DNA of 64,000 bases from an uncultured Pseudobdellovibrionaceae bacterium (GTDB taxonomy: Bacteria > Bdellovibrionota > Bdellovibrionia > Bdellovibrionales > UBA1609): assembly GCA_964389375.1 (NCBI GenBank), contig CAYMDP010000005.1, positions 765-64,764 on the forward strand, read 5' to 3'. This document shows, one piece after another, positions 53,786 to 63,066 of this stretch. Positions within the stretch are counted from its first letter, which is position 1. Every line of letters starts with the position of its first letter. Both the position numbers and the translations under genes were made by a program. The notes beneath the pieces are model-generated. The model worked only from the letters and a program-made list of their open reading frames with translations, had not been told where the DNA came from and searched no databases.

Positions 53786-54499
53786 TTAGGACCGCCTCAA
53801 TATTTTTTTAAAGCCCTCTGCAAATCTAGGCCAGATCTCGGCACTTGGGACGCGCTCGGCTTCTTCGACGCAAATTATGGGCAGCTTGTTGTCCACCCAA
53901 CCATAATGGCTAAGGCTTCCAGGAGTTGGGTAGCCAATCGTATTTTCTATGGGGTAACCCGAGGCCTGGCTTAAGGCTTCGGCATCGCGAAGCGCCGGGG
54001 GCCCAGTTAAAACAATCATCGGCTTCCAAGAGTGGCAGTGAATCACAAGGCGTGGGACCGTTTGTTGAATCAAGTCAACCACAGCCAAAGTTTCTGGTTC
54101 GCTACCGGCTTTGGGGCCTGGAAAATAACGGGACTCCTTGTAGTCCGGGGACCAATTTGAAGAGGGGTAGTTGCGATTCAGGTCGACGCCATTTCCATTG
54201 GTTCTTTGATTCAGCTTAAAGCCATCGATGTTAAGACAGGGAATCACAGCCCAAGGCTGAATTTGATCTTCGGATTCATTGCTTTGGATCAGCCAATTTA
54301 ATAGCTCAGAGGCCAGAGTGACTCCCTCAGGTTCGTCTCCGTGGACTCCACCGATGACGATCACCGGAGAGAGGCCTTTTTTAAACACAAAGTGTCCGCT
54401 GTGAACCAGTTCAATGTTTTGACCTGTTGCGGATTTACACCAGTTTGGATGCCGATTGACTCGCAAGGCTAACCCTGTCCTTTCTTGACCTTTTTTCAA
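53786..54499 (-). CDS. M14-family metallopeptidase-like protein (MpaA/succinylglutamate-desuccinylase-like)
   Basis: VIGGVHGDEPEG (HxxE zinc motif) and DLNRNYP. Its stop abuts the kinase start. Confidence 0.65.
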   Translation of the reverse strand: MKKGQERTGLALRVNRHPNWCKSATGQNIELVHSGHFVFKKGLSPVIVIGGVHGDEPEGVTLASELLNWLIQSNESEDQIQPWAVIPCLNIDGFKLNQRTNGNGVDLNRNYPSSNWSPDYKESRYFPGPKAGSEPETLAVVDLIQQTVPRLVIHCHSWKPMIVLTGPPALRDAEALSQASGYPIENTIGYPTPGSLSHYGWVDNKLPIICVEEAERVPSAEIWPRFAEGFKKILRRS

Positions 54500-54518
54500 G
54501 CTCCGTTAAAAGCATAGC

Positions 54519-55892
54519 ATGTCTCAGCCCTCATTCTCCGCCATAATATTGGCCGCTGGCAAAGGAACTCGCATGAAGTCCCCCCTGCCAAAGGTCCTGC
54601 ATCCCGTCGCGGGTCATCCGATGATCTATCGCACGGTGCGTAGTGTTCAGGCCGCAGGCGCAGAAGAGATCCGCATGGTCGTGGGTTTTGGAGAAGAACT
54701 GGTTCGCCGAGTTGTTGAGCCCCTTGGCAGCCGATGTTTTAGGCAGGCCAATCAATGGGGCACCGGGGACGCAGTAAAGGCGGCTCAGCCGGATAGTCTT
54801 TCTGGCCCAGTTCTAATTTTAAACGGCGACCACCCCTTGATCGAAGCTTCGGATCTTAAAAAAATTATGAAGGAATTCGTCAGTCGAAAGGCAGACATGG
54901 CGGTTGTAACCTGTCGCCTCGAAGAGCCGGGCTCTTTTGGACGAATCGTTCGCTATCATGGTCAAGTTAAGGCGATCGTCGAAGCCAAAGATGCAAGTGC
55001 AGAGGCCAAAAAAATTAATGAAGTGAATACTGGAATTTATGTTGTCGACGCCGTTTTGCTTGCCGAGCTTTTACCAAAAGTAAAAAGTCACAACGCCCAG
55101 AACGAATACTACCTGACGGATATTGTGTCCCTGTTTGTTGAAGAGGGAGGACGAGTGGAAGGAATTGAGATGGACAAAAAAGTTGCCTTTGGAGTGAATT
55201 CACAAAAGGAGTTGGCCATGGCCACAGAGACAGTGTTTCAAAAAACTGCCGAGCGCCTGCTTGAAGCCGGAGTGATTTTAATTGATCCCAAAAGAACCTA
55301 CATCGAGGAAGATGCTGAAATCGGTGAAGGCACTGTGATTTATCCAGGATGCTATCTCAAAGGAAAAACAAAAATTGGAAAGCTTTGTGTTCTTGAACCG
55401 AATTGTTTTATCGATTCATCAACAATTGGTGACAGCTGCCAAATCAAAGCCGGATCTTATTTAGACCACGCAGATGTTCAGACCTTAAGCCAAATTGGAC
55501 CCTATGCTCACCTTCGCCCGGGTTCTGAGATCGGAAAAAACTGTAAAGTCGGAAACTTCGTCGAAATGAAGAAGGTTAAGTTTGGGGACGGTTCAAAAGC
55601 CTCTCATCTGACGTACCTCGGTGATGCGATTGTGGGTAAAGACGTGAACATTGGTTGTGGAACGATTACCTGCAACTATGCAGCCGACAAAAAGAAATAT
55701 ATCACGCGAATTGAAGACGAAGTATTTGTAGGAAGTGATACCCAATTTGTTGCTCCCGTCGTTATCGGAAAGGGCGCGGTTATTGGATCGGGCTCGACAA
55801 TTACAAAAGATGTTCCAGAGGGAGCCCTTGCGGTCACCCGTGCAAAACAAGTCATTAAAGAAAATTACAGAAGCAGACTCAGCGAGAGTTAG
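54519..55892 (+). CDS. glmU: Bifunctional GlcNAc-1-P uridyltransferase / GlcN-1-P acetyltransferase
   Basis: ILAAGKGTRMKS, with C-terminal hexapeptide-repeat beta-helix sequence. Confidence 0.95.
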   Translation: MSQPSFSAIILAAGKGTRMKSPLPKVLHPVAGHPMIYRTVRSVQAAGAEEIRMVVGFGEELVRRVVEPLGSRCFRQANQWGTGDAVKAAQPDSLSGPVLILNGDHPLIEASDLKKIMKEFVSRKADMAVVTCRLEEPGSFGRIVRYHGQVKAIVEAKDASAEAKKINEVNTGIYVVDAVLLAELLPKVKSHNAQNEYYLTDIVSLFVEEGGRVEGIEMDKKVAFGVNSQKELAMATETVFQKTAERLLEAGVILIDPKRTYIEEDAEIGEGTVIYPGCYLKGKTKIGKLCVLEPNCFIDSSTIGDSCQIKAGSYLDHADVQTLSQIGPYAHLRPGSEIGKNCKVGNFVEMKKVKFGDGSKASHLTYLGDAIVGKDVNIGCGTITCNYAADKKKYITRIEDEVFVGSDTQFVAPVVIGKGAVIGSGSTITKDVPEGALAVTRAKQVIKENYRSRLSES

Positions 55893-55913
55893 AAAAGATT
55901 CGGAGTATTTTGA

Positions 55914-57800
55914 ATGTGTGGAATTGTTGGCTACCTTGGACCTAAAGATCCGAAACAAATTATTGTCTCTGGCTTAAAGGCCTTAGAGTATCGTGGCTAT
56001 GACAGTGCCGGAGTCGCGATCCTTCATCATGGAAAATTTAAACGGGTTCGCGCCGAGGGCAAGCTTTTAAATCTTGAAAGCCGACTTTTAAACGAAGAGT
56101 TTGATGGTCATCTGGGAATTGGACACACGCGCTGGGCGACCCATGGTCCCCCTTCCGAGCGAAATGCTCATCCTCATTGCGTGGGCGGAGTCAGCATTGT
56201 TCACAACGGGATCATCGAAAACTATTCCGAACTTCGTGAAGACCTGATTGATAATGGATCGATTCTAGAGTCAGATACGGATTCAGAACTTGTAGCTCAC
56301 CTGATTCATCGAGAAGTGAGCGCGGGCAAAGATCTTTTAAGCTCGGTCTTTGCGGTTCTTCCAAAACTTCGCGGAGCCTTTTCGATTCTGGCAGTCAGTG
56401 AAGATCAGCCCGATGAAATGGTGGCCTTTAAAAATGGACCACCTTTGATTGTGGGTGTTGGCGCAACCGAAACTCTGGTTGCAAGTGATATCCAGGCGAT
56501 TATGCCCTACACGCAAAATGTGATTTTTTTAGAAGACGATCAGATCGTACATGCACGCGGTATTCAACTTCAGATGTACTCTCCCGATGGAAAAAAACTT
56601 ACAGTAAAGCCTCGGATGATGGAGTGGAGCCCTGAGCTTGTCGAGAAAAAGGGCTATCCTCATTTTATGTTGAAAGAAATTTTCGAGCAGCCGCGGGCGG
56701 TGGCCTCGGCCATTACTCCACATATTGATCTCGAAAAACATGAGCTGAGTCTGAATAAGATTGGCTTTTCAGCAAATCATATTTCTGAACTTGATCAATT
56801 GGATGAAATGAAAGACCGAATTTTTACCAATCAAGTTTTTGCAGGCATCGAAAGAATTTTTATTGTGGCCTGTGGGACCAGTTTTTATGCAGGCATGGTT
56901 GGGGAGTATTTGATCGAGCGACTGTGTGGAGTTCCAGTTGAGGTGGATATTGCGAGTGAATTTCGCTACCGACATCCAGTGATTCCAAGCAATTCGATGG
57001 TGATCGTAATTTCTCAAAGTGGAGAAACTGCGGATACCTTGGCCGCACTCAGACTGGCCAAAGAAGTGGGCGCAAAAGTCTTAAGCATTTGCAATGTGAA
57101 GAACTCTTCTATCGATCGAGAATCTGATGGCCATATTTATATGAAGGCCGGAGTGGAAATCGGGGTTGCCAGCACAAAAGCTTTGACGGCGACCTTGGCC
57201 CTTTTAAATGTGCTGGCTTTGGCAATTGCAAAGGCGCGGGGGAGATTGTCGCACGCGGAAGAAAAGGAAGCGGTTCAAGAATTGTTGGCGACGCCAAGCC
57301 AGATGGAAAAGGTATTGGCCTACGATAAGTTTTTCTCTGAAGCCGCAAGCTCCCTACAAGACTTTAGAGGCTTTTTATACATGGGACGAGGGGCGAGCTA
57401 TGCCATGGCTCTTGAAGGCGCCTTAAAGCTTAAGGAGCTAGCCTATCTTCATGCTGAGGGCTACGCCGCGGGCGAAATGAAGCACGGCCCACTGGCTTTA
57501 ATTGATGAAAAAATGGCGATCGTGATGCTGGCTCCAAAAGATGAGCTTTACGAAAAAACCGTCAGCAATCTAGAAGAAGCCCGAGCTCGTGCTGGAAAGA
57601 TTATTTGTATCGGTACAGGAGAAGACGAGCGGCTTAAAAAAGTATCGCTTCATTATTTGGCCTTGCCTGAAGTGAGTTGGAATTTAAATCCTCTACTTCA
57701 AGTCATCCCTTTGCAGCTTTTGGCCTACCATATCGCCTCCTCCTTAGGTCTAGATGTGGACCAGCCCCGTAACCTCGCTAAGTCCGTGACAGTCGAATAG
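55914..57800 (+). CDS. glmS: Glutamine--fructose-6-phosphate aminotransferase
   Basis: MCGIVGY N-terminal nucleophile, two SIS domains, and the C-terminal ...KSVTVE. Confidence 0.95.
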   Translation: MCGIVGYLGPKDPKQIIVSGLKALEYRGYDSAGVAILHHGKFKRVRAEGKLLNLESRLLNEEFDGHLGIGHTRWATHGPPSERNAHPHCVGGVSIVHNGIIENYSELREDLIDNGSILESDTDSELVAHLIHREVSAGKDLLSSVFAVLPKLRGAFSILAVSEDQPDEMVAFKNGPPLIVGVGATETLVASDIQAIMPYTQNVIFLEDDQIVHARGIQLQMYSPDGKKLTVKPRMMEWSPELVEKKGYPHFMLKEIFEQPRAVASAITPHIDLEKHELSLNKIGFSANHISELDQLDEMKDRIFTNQVFAGIERIFIVACGTSFYAGMVGEYLIERLCGVPVEVDIASEFRYRHPVIPSNSMVIVISQSGETADTLAALRLAKEVGAKVLSICNVKNSSIDRESDGHIYMKAGVEIGVASTKALTATLALLNVLALAIAKARGRLSHAEEKEAVQELLATPSQMEKVLAYDKFFSEAASSLQDFRGFLYMGRGASYAMALEGALKLKELAYLHAEGYAAGEMKHGPLALIDEKMAIVMLAPKDELYEKTVSNLEEARARAGKIICIGTGEDERLKKVSLHYLALPEVSWNLNPLLQVIPLQLLAYHIASSLGLDVDQPRNLAKSVTVE

Positions 57801-57812
57801 CCTGATTCGACT

Positions 57813-57948
57813 CCTTGTCCGAGAAGTTCAATTTCATTTAATAAGTGTCCGCCTTAGCCGTCGAACATTCTCGGCCCGCCTGCGGCGGTCCTGCGAAACT
57901 AGTCTTCGGCGGGCACTTATTAAATGAAATTGAACTTCTCGGACAAGG
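57813..57948. repeat. Palindromic intergenic element, copy E (forward)
   Basis: 35-bp perfect arms, ccttgtccgagaagttcaatttcatttaataagtg and its complement. The core is aagtgtccgccttagccgtcgaacattctcgg, then ccgcc-tgc-ggcgg, then ctgcgaaactagtcttcggcgggcactt. Confidence 0.9.
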
Positions 57949-58080
57949 CATTGGTCTAGTTAAGGGTCCAGGCGGTCTAGATCTGGACCCGCCGACAAGC
58001 CCTTTAAGCTTAGGTTTTCCCTCAATTTTATCGATACATACATAGATGTATTGAATTTAAAACTGACGGAGTTGTGTTCT

Positions 58081-59550
58081 ATGTCTTTTGATTATCGAAA
58101 GAACAAAGAAGGATCCCACGCGGATAGCTTTTGGACGTCCTATTCCGATTTGTTTCTGGGATTGTCTACGATCTTTTTGCTTCTGTACGTTGTCTCTAGT
58201 TTGAGAAACGGCACGGAAGGAATCCGAAGTATGATCGAAAATAAGCGCCTCAGCACTGAGGTTCAGGATTTAAAAAATCAGATTCAAGCTTATGAGGCCA
58301 TTCGCTCGGACTACATGAAAAAAGAGGCAAGCCAAAGCGAAATCCAAGAGTACACCGAGTTGATGGATAAGCTGACTCTTCTTCAGGAAGAAGCCAAAGA
58401 CGAGAACGAGCGCCTGATGAGAGAGGCCATGGAGAATAAATCCAAAGAGGCGGCTTTAAACAAATATCAGCAGATGGTTCGAAATGTCATCAATGCCAAC
58501 AAACTCGCCAAGACAAAGATCACCTCACGTGATGATATCATTGGTGATCAAGATCAAGAGCTCAGTCAGCTAGATCGCGAAATTCAGGAAAAAAAGAAGC
58601 TGATCGAAGAAGGGGATCGTAAGATTGCCGAGGCCAACGCGACTCTCGAAAAGAAGATCGCAGATCTAGATCGCGCGCGAAAAAATAACAAACTGACGGC
58701 AAAAAAATATCGTGAAAGTGTTGAGCAGTTAAAGGCGCAAAACGAAAACCAAATCTCAGCACTTGAAGAAAAAAATAGCGCATACCAAAAGCAGTTGGCT
58801 GAAACTCAAAGCCAGTTGCAAGAAGTTGGCGGTCAACTTCGAGATACCGAAGGAAAGTTGATTGCAAAGCAAGGCGAAGCTGAGGGTTTAAAAAAGCAGG
58901 TGGGTGGCCTTTCTGGTCAGCTTCAAAGCACCAAAGGTCAGTTGGACAGCACTCGTGGAGAACTTGCAAAGGCAAAAGCTGAACTGGATGCACGTAAAAT
59001 GGTGGCGAAAGAAATTAAATCCGGATTGGCAAGGGCAGGAGTTAAAGCGGATGTAGATATGCAGTCTGGTGAAGTGGTCATCGATTTTGGTGATGCCTAC
59101 TTTAAGTCGGATTCAGCAAAGCTGAATGAGCAGATGAAGAACATCCTACAAAAAGCCATGCCCGCTTATTCGAAGTCTTTATTGGGCAATCCTAAGATTG
59201 CCAACAAGATTTCCGCAGTTGAGGTGATCGGATTTGCATCGCCAATATATCAAGGAAAGTACATTAACCCCCATTCTTCGGATCCCAAGGATCGTGAAGC
59301 CTTAAAATATAATATGGATCTAAGTTATCGCCGAGCGAACGCCATCTTTAAGCAGGTCGTTGATGGAAAAAGTATGGACTTTGAATACCAAAACGAACTG
59401 ATTCCATTAATGAAGGTTTCGGGACGAAGTTTTCTAGAGGTTTTTAAGACCAATCGGGACATCGCCTCAAGCGAGGATTTTTGTAAGGTGAACGACTGTA
59501 AGAAAACACAAAGAGTAATAATTCGTTTTAGCATGGATAATAAAAAGTAA
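58081..59550 (+). CDS. MotB-like protein: TM helix with a conserved Asp, long coiled coil, OmpA/MotB-like C-terminal domain
   Basis: FWTSYSDLFLGLSTIFLLLYVV resembles the MotB plug/TM region; the Asp codon is at 58147-58149. About 270 aa of coiled coil follow, and the C-terminus has VIGFASP...DLSYRRANAI. I prefer the ATG at 58081; the ORF track starts at the TTG at 58051. Confidence 0.65.
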   Translation: MSFDYRKNKEGSHADSFWTSYSDLFLGLSTIFLLLYVVSSLRNGTEGIRSMIENKRLSTEVQDLKNQIQAYEAIRSDYMKKEASQSEIQEYTELMDKLTLLQEEAKDENERLMREAMENKSKEAALNKYQQMVRNVINANKLAKTKITSRDDIIGDQDQELSQLDREIQEKKKLIEEGDRKIAEANATLEKKIADLDRARKNNKLTAKKYRESVEQLKAQNENQISALEEKNSAYQKQLAETQSQLQEVGGQLRDTEGKLIAKQGEAEGLKKQVGGLSGQLQSTKGQLDSTRGELAKAKAELDARKMVAKEIKSGLARAGVKADVDMQSGEVVIDFGDAYFKSDSAKLNEQMKNILQKAMPAYSKSLLGNPKIANKISAVEVIGFASPIYQGKYINPHSSDPKDREALKYNMDLSYRRANAIFKQVVDGKSMDFEYQNELIPLMKVSGRSFLEVFKTNRDIASSEDFCKVNDCKKTQRVIIRFSMDNKK

Positions 59551-59562
59551 GGAGAGATCGCT

Positions 59563-60498
59563 ATGCAGGAATCCATTTCTATAAATCAGATGATCCAGTG
59601 GTTCATCTACCTCTTGCCCTACGTCATGGGTGGGGTATTTGCGGTGGCGCTTGTGATGAGGGGTCTGATCTATTTTACCGTTCGGCGACACGAATGGTTT
59701 GCCCGCGAATTTGAGCGACGAGTGAATCGCTACGTCGATGGGGAGACCCCTGGAAAAACAAAGGGTGTGTCTTTCTATATATTGGCAAAACGTATGCTAG
59801 AGCGAACCTATTACGAGACTTTCGAAATTCGTGACCGCTCGACGCGCAGAAAGCCAGATAAAGTCATGGCGACAAGTGATCGTGTATTTTTAATTAAGCC
59901 AGGTTGTGCTTGGTTGGTTAAAGACATTCTTAAGCAGCTAAAGTTTTTGCGCTGGACTGATGATACTCCCAAATTACTAAATATCACTAAAGCGACTTTT
60001 ATGCACAACCCCTGCTTTAACCGGGTTTTTGGAATCATTCCGATTGGTCCAACCAACGATCTACTTAATATTCTTCCAGGACTTTTTGTGGTCGCTGGAA
60101 TCTTGGGAACCTTTTTGGGTATCAAAGGTGGTCTAACTTCTCTGGGAACAATGAACCTGGCGGATTTAGAAATGACCAAAAATGTGATGGACGCCTTCTT
60201 AAATGAAATCGCTTTTGCGATGGCCACTTCAATTGTGGGGATTACATTTTCACTATTGCTTCACTTGTGGAACACAGTTTTTTCTCCAGAAAGGGTATTT
60301 GTTTCGATGATCGATCGTTTTGAGAGCTCTTTAGATCTTCTTTGGTATCGCAGCGATAACAATGATTTTCCCTCTGCAGAACGACCTTTTGATGAAAGTC
60401 GAGATCCTCTCGAGGCTCTGGCTGAGCAAGCCTTGGACCTTGAAGTGGCTCGAAGTGGACACAGTCGAGAGGATTTCGTCAAACCGAAGGCCTCTTGA
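59563..60498 (+). CDS. MotA/TolQ/ExbB-like channel protein (3 TM helices)
   Basis: N-terminal TM helix (WFIYLLPYVMGGVFAVALVM), a soluble loop of about 130 aa, then LPGLFVVAGILGTFLGI and AFAMATSIVGITFSLLLHLWN. The last two match the MotA_ExbB signature region. Confidence 0.6.
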   Translation: MQESISINQMIQWFIYLLPYVMGGVFAVALVMRGLIYFTVRRHEWFAREFERRVNRYVDGETPGKTKGVSFYILAKRMLERTYYETFEIRDRSTRRKPDKVMATSDRVFLIKPGCAWLVKDILKQLKFLRWTDDTPKLLNITKATFMHNPCFNRVFGIIPIGPTNDLLNILPGLFVVAGILGTFLGIKGGLTSLGTMNLADLEMTKNVMDAFLNEIAFAMATSIVGITFSLLLHLWNTVFSPERVFVSMIDRFESSLDLLWYRSDNNDFPSAERPFDESRDPLEALAEQALDLEVARSGHSREDFVKPKAS

Positions 60499-60519
60499 GG
60501 GATATAAAGGATATGAAAT

Positions 60520-63066
60520 TTGGCTAAGCCCCTGAACTGTTTTCTGATTGAGATGCTGGAAGGCGCAGATGTGGCCCGTAGGGTCATTGACCGCAATCCC
60601 TTTTTGATCGGACGCTCTCTTGAGGCGGCCCTCCCCATTGCCGAAGCTTCGGTCAGTCGAAATCATTTAATGGTTAAGAACAAAAAGGGTGAGGTTTGGA
60701 TCTCGGATCAAGCCTCGACTCACGGAACTTTTTTGAATGGCGAGAAGATTGAAGCCAACAAGTGGATCAAAGTTGAACCTAAAGACTTTGTTCGTCTTGG
60801 CAAGACCGGTGTATTGTTAAAATTTTCTGCAGTTGAAAGAATGGTCTCTCATGACTTCATCGAGGGCCATCCAGATATTCCTGAAATCCAAAAAGAATCC
60901 ATTTTAGATGTCCTTGATGGCGCTCGATCGGATGCAGAAAAATTGGTCCGAGCGGCTCGAGACATTCACGACCAAGTTATTCATAAAGCCGAGGGTGACG
61001 CAAAGGCCATCGAGCAAGCTGCAGAAGTTCGAGAACAAGAGCTTTTAGCCGCGACAGAAACTAAGGTCCTTCAATATAAAGCAAAGCTTCTTGAAGAGGC
61101 CCAAAAAGAAATCGCAAAACTTCATGAGCCAGCAAAGGCCGAGGCCATTGCGATCAAGCAGAGGGCTGAAGAAGAGGCCGGCAGGCTTCTAAATGAGTCA
61201 AGACTTCAGGCTAAGAACGAGGCCGAAGAGCTAATTTCCTCGGCCAAAAAGGCTGCAAAGGAAGAAGTCCTAGCCTTAAAATCCAAGGCGAAAGTTGAAG
61301 TCGAAGAGGAGAGGGCGAAAGCGAAAGAAGAGATTGATGCATTAAAATCTAGAGTCGATGAGGAAGTCAAAAAGCTACGGTCCAACATTCAAGCCGAAGT
61401 AAAAAGTCTAAGGTCTGAAGCTCAGGAAGAAGTCCAAAAGCTTAAAGATCAGGCCAAGCTTGATATTGAAAGTGATCGACAAAAAATGATGACCGAGGTC
61501 CATCGGCAGCTTGCGCCTCTTCGCCAAGAAAAGGACTCCACACTAGCGAAGGTCGAAGAAGCAAAAAAAGAGCTTAAAGAGCTTCAGGATTTGATTCAAA
61601 AGCAGAAAAAGTTAGCCCAAGATGAAATCGCGCTTGAACAAGATGCCGCAAGAACGGCACTTGAGCTTGAACGAGAAGAGCAAGAGCTTCGTCTTAAAAC
61701 TTTGATCTCAGATAAGACCGAAGAGTGGGAGCGACAAAAAAAGTTAAAAGAAGAAACTCTTCAGGTCGATATCCAAACCAAGACTTTTGCCTTTGAAAAA
61801 ATAAAAATTCAAAGAGAAGAAGAAATTAAGGTCCTGAATCAAACCCTTGAAAAACTAACACCTCAGTGCCATGAGCTTTCACGTTCTTTGGCAGAGCTTC
61901 AAAATGGCCTACAAAGTCTTAGCGCTGAGAAGCAAAAACGTGAAGCCGAAGTTATAGATCTAAAGGCAGAACTTAGTGATATGGGCCAAAGAAAAGAAGA
62001 CTTGACCACAAGTCTTAGTGAACTCGAAAAAAAGATATCGGTCTTAAGCCAGTCGCGCTCAGAGTTAGAAGACTCTCTTAGAGAAGAAAAAATTCAGACA
62101 AAAAAATTGCTGGCTGAAGAAAGTCAGCGCAGAGACCAAGAGCTTAAGGCCCTGGTTGAGAAACAAAACAAAGAACTACACGAATTAAAACGCGTTCAGA
62201 TTGAAAGTTTACAGCGTGAGCGACAGATGGCGATCGAGGGTTTTAAAGAAGAGCGAGACCAATTGTCTTCAGAGATTTTAAGGATTTTATCAAAGGCTCA
62301 AGCTGCGGGCAGTCCGATTTCTTCGGATCTTTCTGGTTTAAAGAGTCAGATTTCTGGAAGCCTTGAAAAAGCTGGATTGTCCTTAGAGATTACAGGAGAA
62401 GTCGGCGACAGCGGAATTCAAAGTTCTAAAAAGAAGTGGCAAAGAGCGCAACGACAATTCCTTGCTCAAGGAATAGCGATGGGTCTTCTTCTTTTTGGTT
62501 TAGCCCGGTACGGCTACGATCAATTTATCGCGGACCCAAATCCAATGCAGACCATGGCCGAAGAGCAAGCGAAACGAATTCAAGAGGATTTAGCAAATCG
62601 ACGCTTTGATCCGGCACAAGACGCTGAGCTTCGCGAAACCTTTCGAGATGCCGTTATTTATACTAAGGGATTTACGGACATCTATTTAAGGCAAGACTTA
62701 AGGGATCAATTTAGAAAAGAACTTGTTGATTACAATCTTAGACAGTGGCGCATTGAAGAAGAGCGTTCGATTCAAGTTCTAGCGATGGTTCAAACCCTAG
62801 TGGAGTCCTTAATTGAGGCTAAAGCTGCGATTCATCCGGACTTCGTAGAATTGGGTTTAGAGAAGATGGAAAAGATGGAAACCGAAGTCGTAGAGCGTAT
62901 GGTTGAAACTCTGGGGTCTGAGGTTAGATTTGAAGCCTACAAGCGTTTTGAGCGTAAGTTTTTTGAAACCTCTATGGTCGAAGTAAGAATGCCTGCAGCT
63001 GGGGATGACCTTGAGTCTAAGACCGAAACAGAAGTCAACAGTGAAGTAGACAACGAAGATGAGTAG
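60520..63066 (+). CDS. FHA-domain protein with a ~540-aa charged coiled coil, one TM helix and a C-terminal domain
   Basis: IGRSLEAALPIAEASVSRNHLMV...STHGTFLNG (FHA). The TM helix is FLAQGIAMGLLLFGLARYGY. The start is a TTG with an AAGGA Shine-Dalgarno. Confidence 0.75.
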   Translation: MAKPLNCFLIEMLEGADVARRVIDRNPFLIGRSLEAALPIAEASVSRNHLMVKNKKGEVWISDQASTHGTFLNGEKIEANKWIKVEPKDFVRLGKTGVLLKFSAVERMVSHDFIEGHPDIPEIQKESILDVLDGARSDAEKLVRAARDIHDQVIHKAEGDAKAIEQAAEVREQELLAATETKVLQYKAKLLEEAQKEIAKLHEPAKAEAIAIKQRAEEEAGRLLNESRLQAKNEAEELISSAKKAAKEEVLALKSKAKVEVEEERAKAKEEIDALKSRVDEEVKKLRSNIQAEVKSLRSEAQEEVQKLKDQAKLDIESDRQKMMTEVHRQLAPLRQEKDSTLAKVEEAKKELKELQDLIQKQKKLAQDEIALEQDAARTALELEREEQELRLKTLISDKTEEWERQKKLKEETLQVDIQTKTFAFEKIKIQREEEIKVLNQTLEKLTPQCHELSRSLAELQNGLQSLSAEKQKREAEVIDLKAELSDMGQRKEDLTTSLSELEKKISVLSQSRSELEDSLREEKIQTKKLLAEESQRRDQELKALVEKQNKELHELKRVQIESLQRERQMAIEGFKEERDQLSSEILRILSKAQAAGSPISSDLSGLKSQISGSLEKAGLSLEITGEVGDSGIQSSKKKWQRAQRQFLAQGIAMGLLLFGLARYGYDQFIADPNPMQTMAEEQAKRIQEDLANRRFDPAQDAELRETFRDAVIYTKGFTDIYLRQDLRDQFRKELVDYNLRQWRIEEERSIQVLAMVQTLVESLIEAKAAIHPDFVELGLEKMEKMETEVVERMVETLGSEVRFEAYKRFERKFFETSMVEVRMPAAGDDLESKTETEVNSEVDNEDE
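61255..61485 (+). repeat. Seven tandem 11-residue (33-nt) repeats inside the FHA/coiled-coil gene
   Basis: The seven units are AKEEVLALKSK, AKVEVEEERAK, AKEEIDALKSR, VDEEVKKLRSN, IQAEVKSLRSE, AQEEVQKLKDQ and AKLDIESDRQK. Confidence 0.7.

Noticed and set aside
11851-57948. Whether the repeated palindromes could be a CRISPR array or an integron attC series.
   Set aside because: The copies are dispersed 14-16 kb apart, apart from one adjacent pair, and there is no regular repeat-spacer spacing. No cas or intI genes are in the window.
58038-58051. ATACAT-AG-ATGTAT dyad just upstream of the stator-like operon, considered as a possible operator.
   Set aside because: It is a 6-bp AT-rich dyad in an AT-rich leader. 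I could not define a convincing promoter around it, and the chance expectation is high.
58081-63066. Assignment of the MotB-like/MotA-like/FHA operon to the Zorya anti-phage system.
   Set aside because: In Zorya the long coiled-coil tail belongs to the MotA-like ZorA, the gene order is A then B, and ZorC/ZorD (or ZorE) follow. Here the coiled coil is on the MotB-like protein, the order is B then A, and the partners are FHA and cNMP-binding proteins. The analogy is kept only as a comparison.
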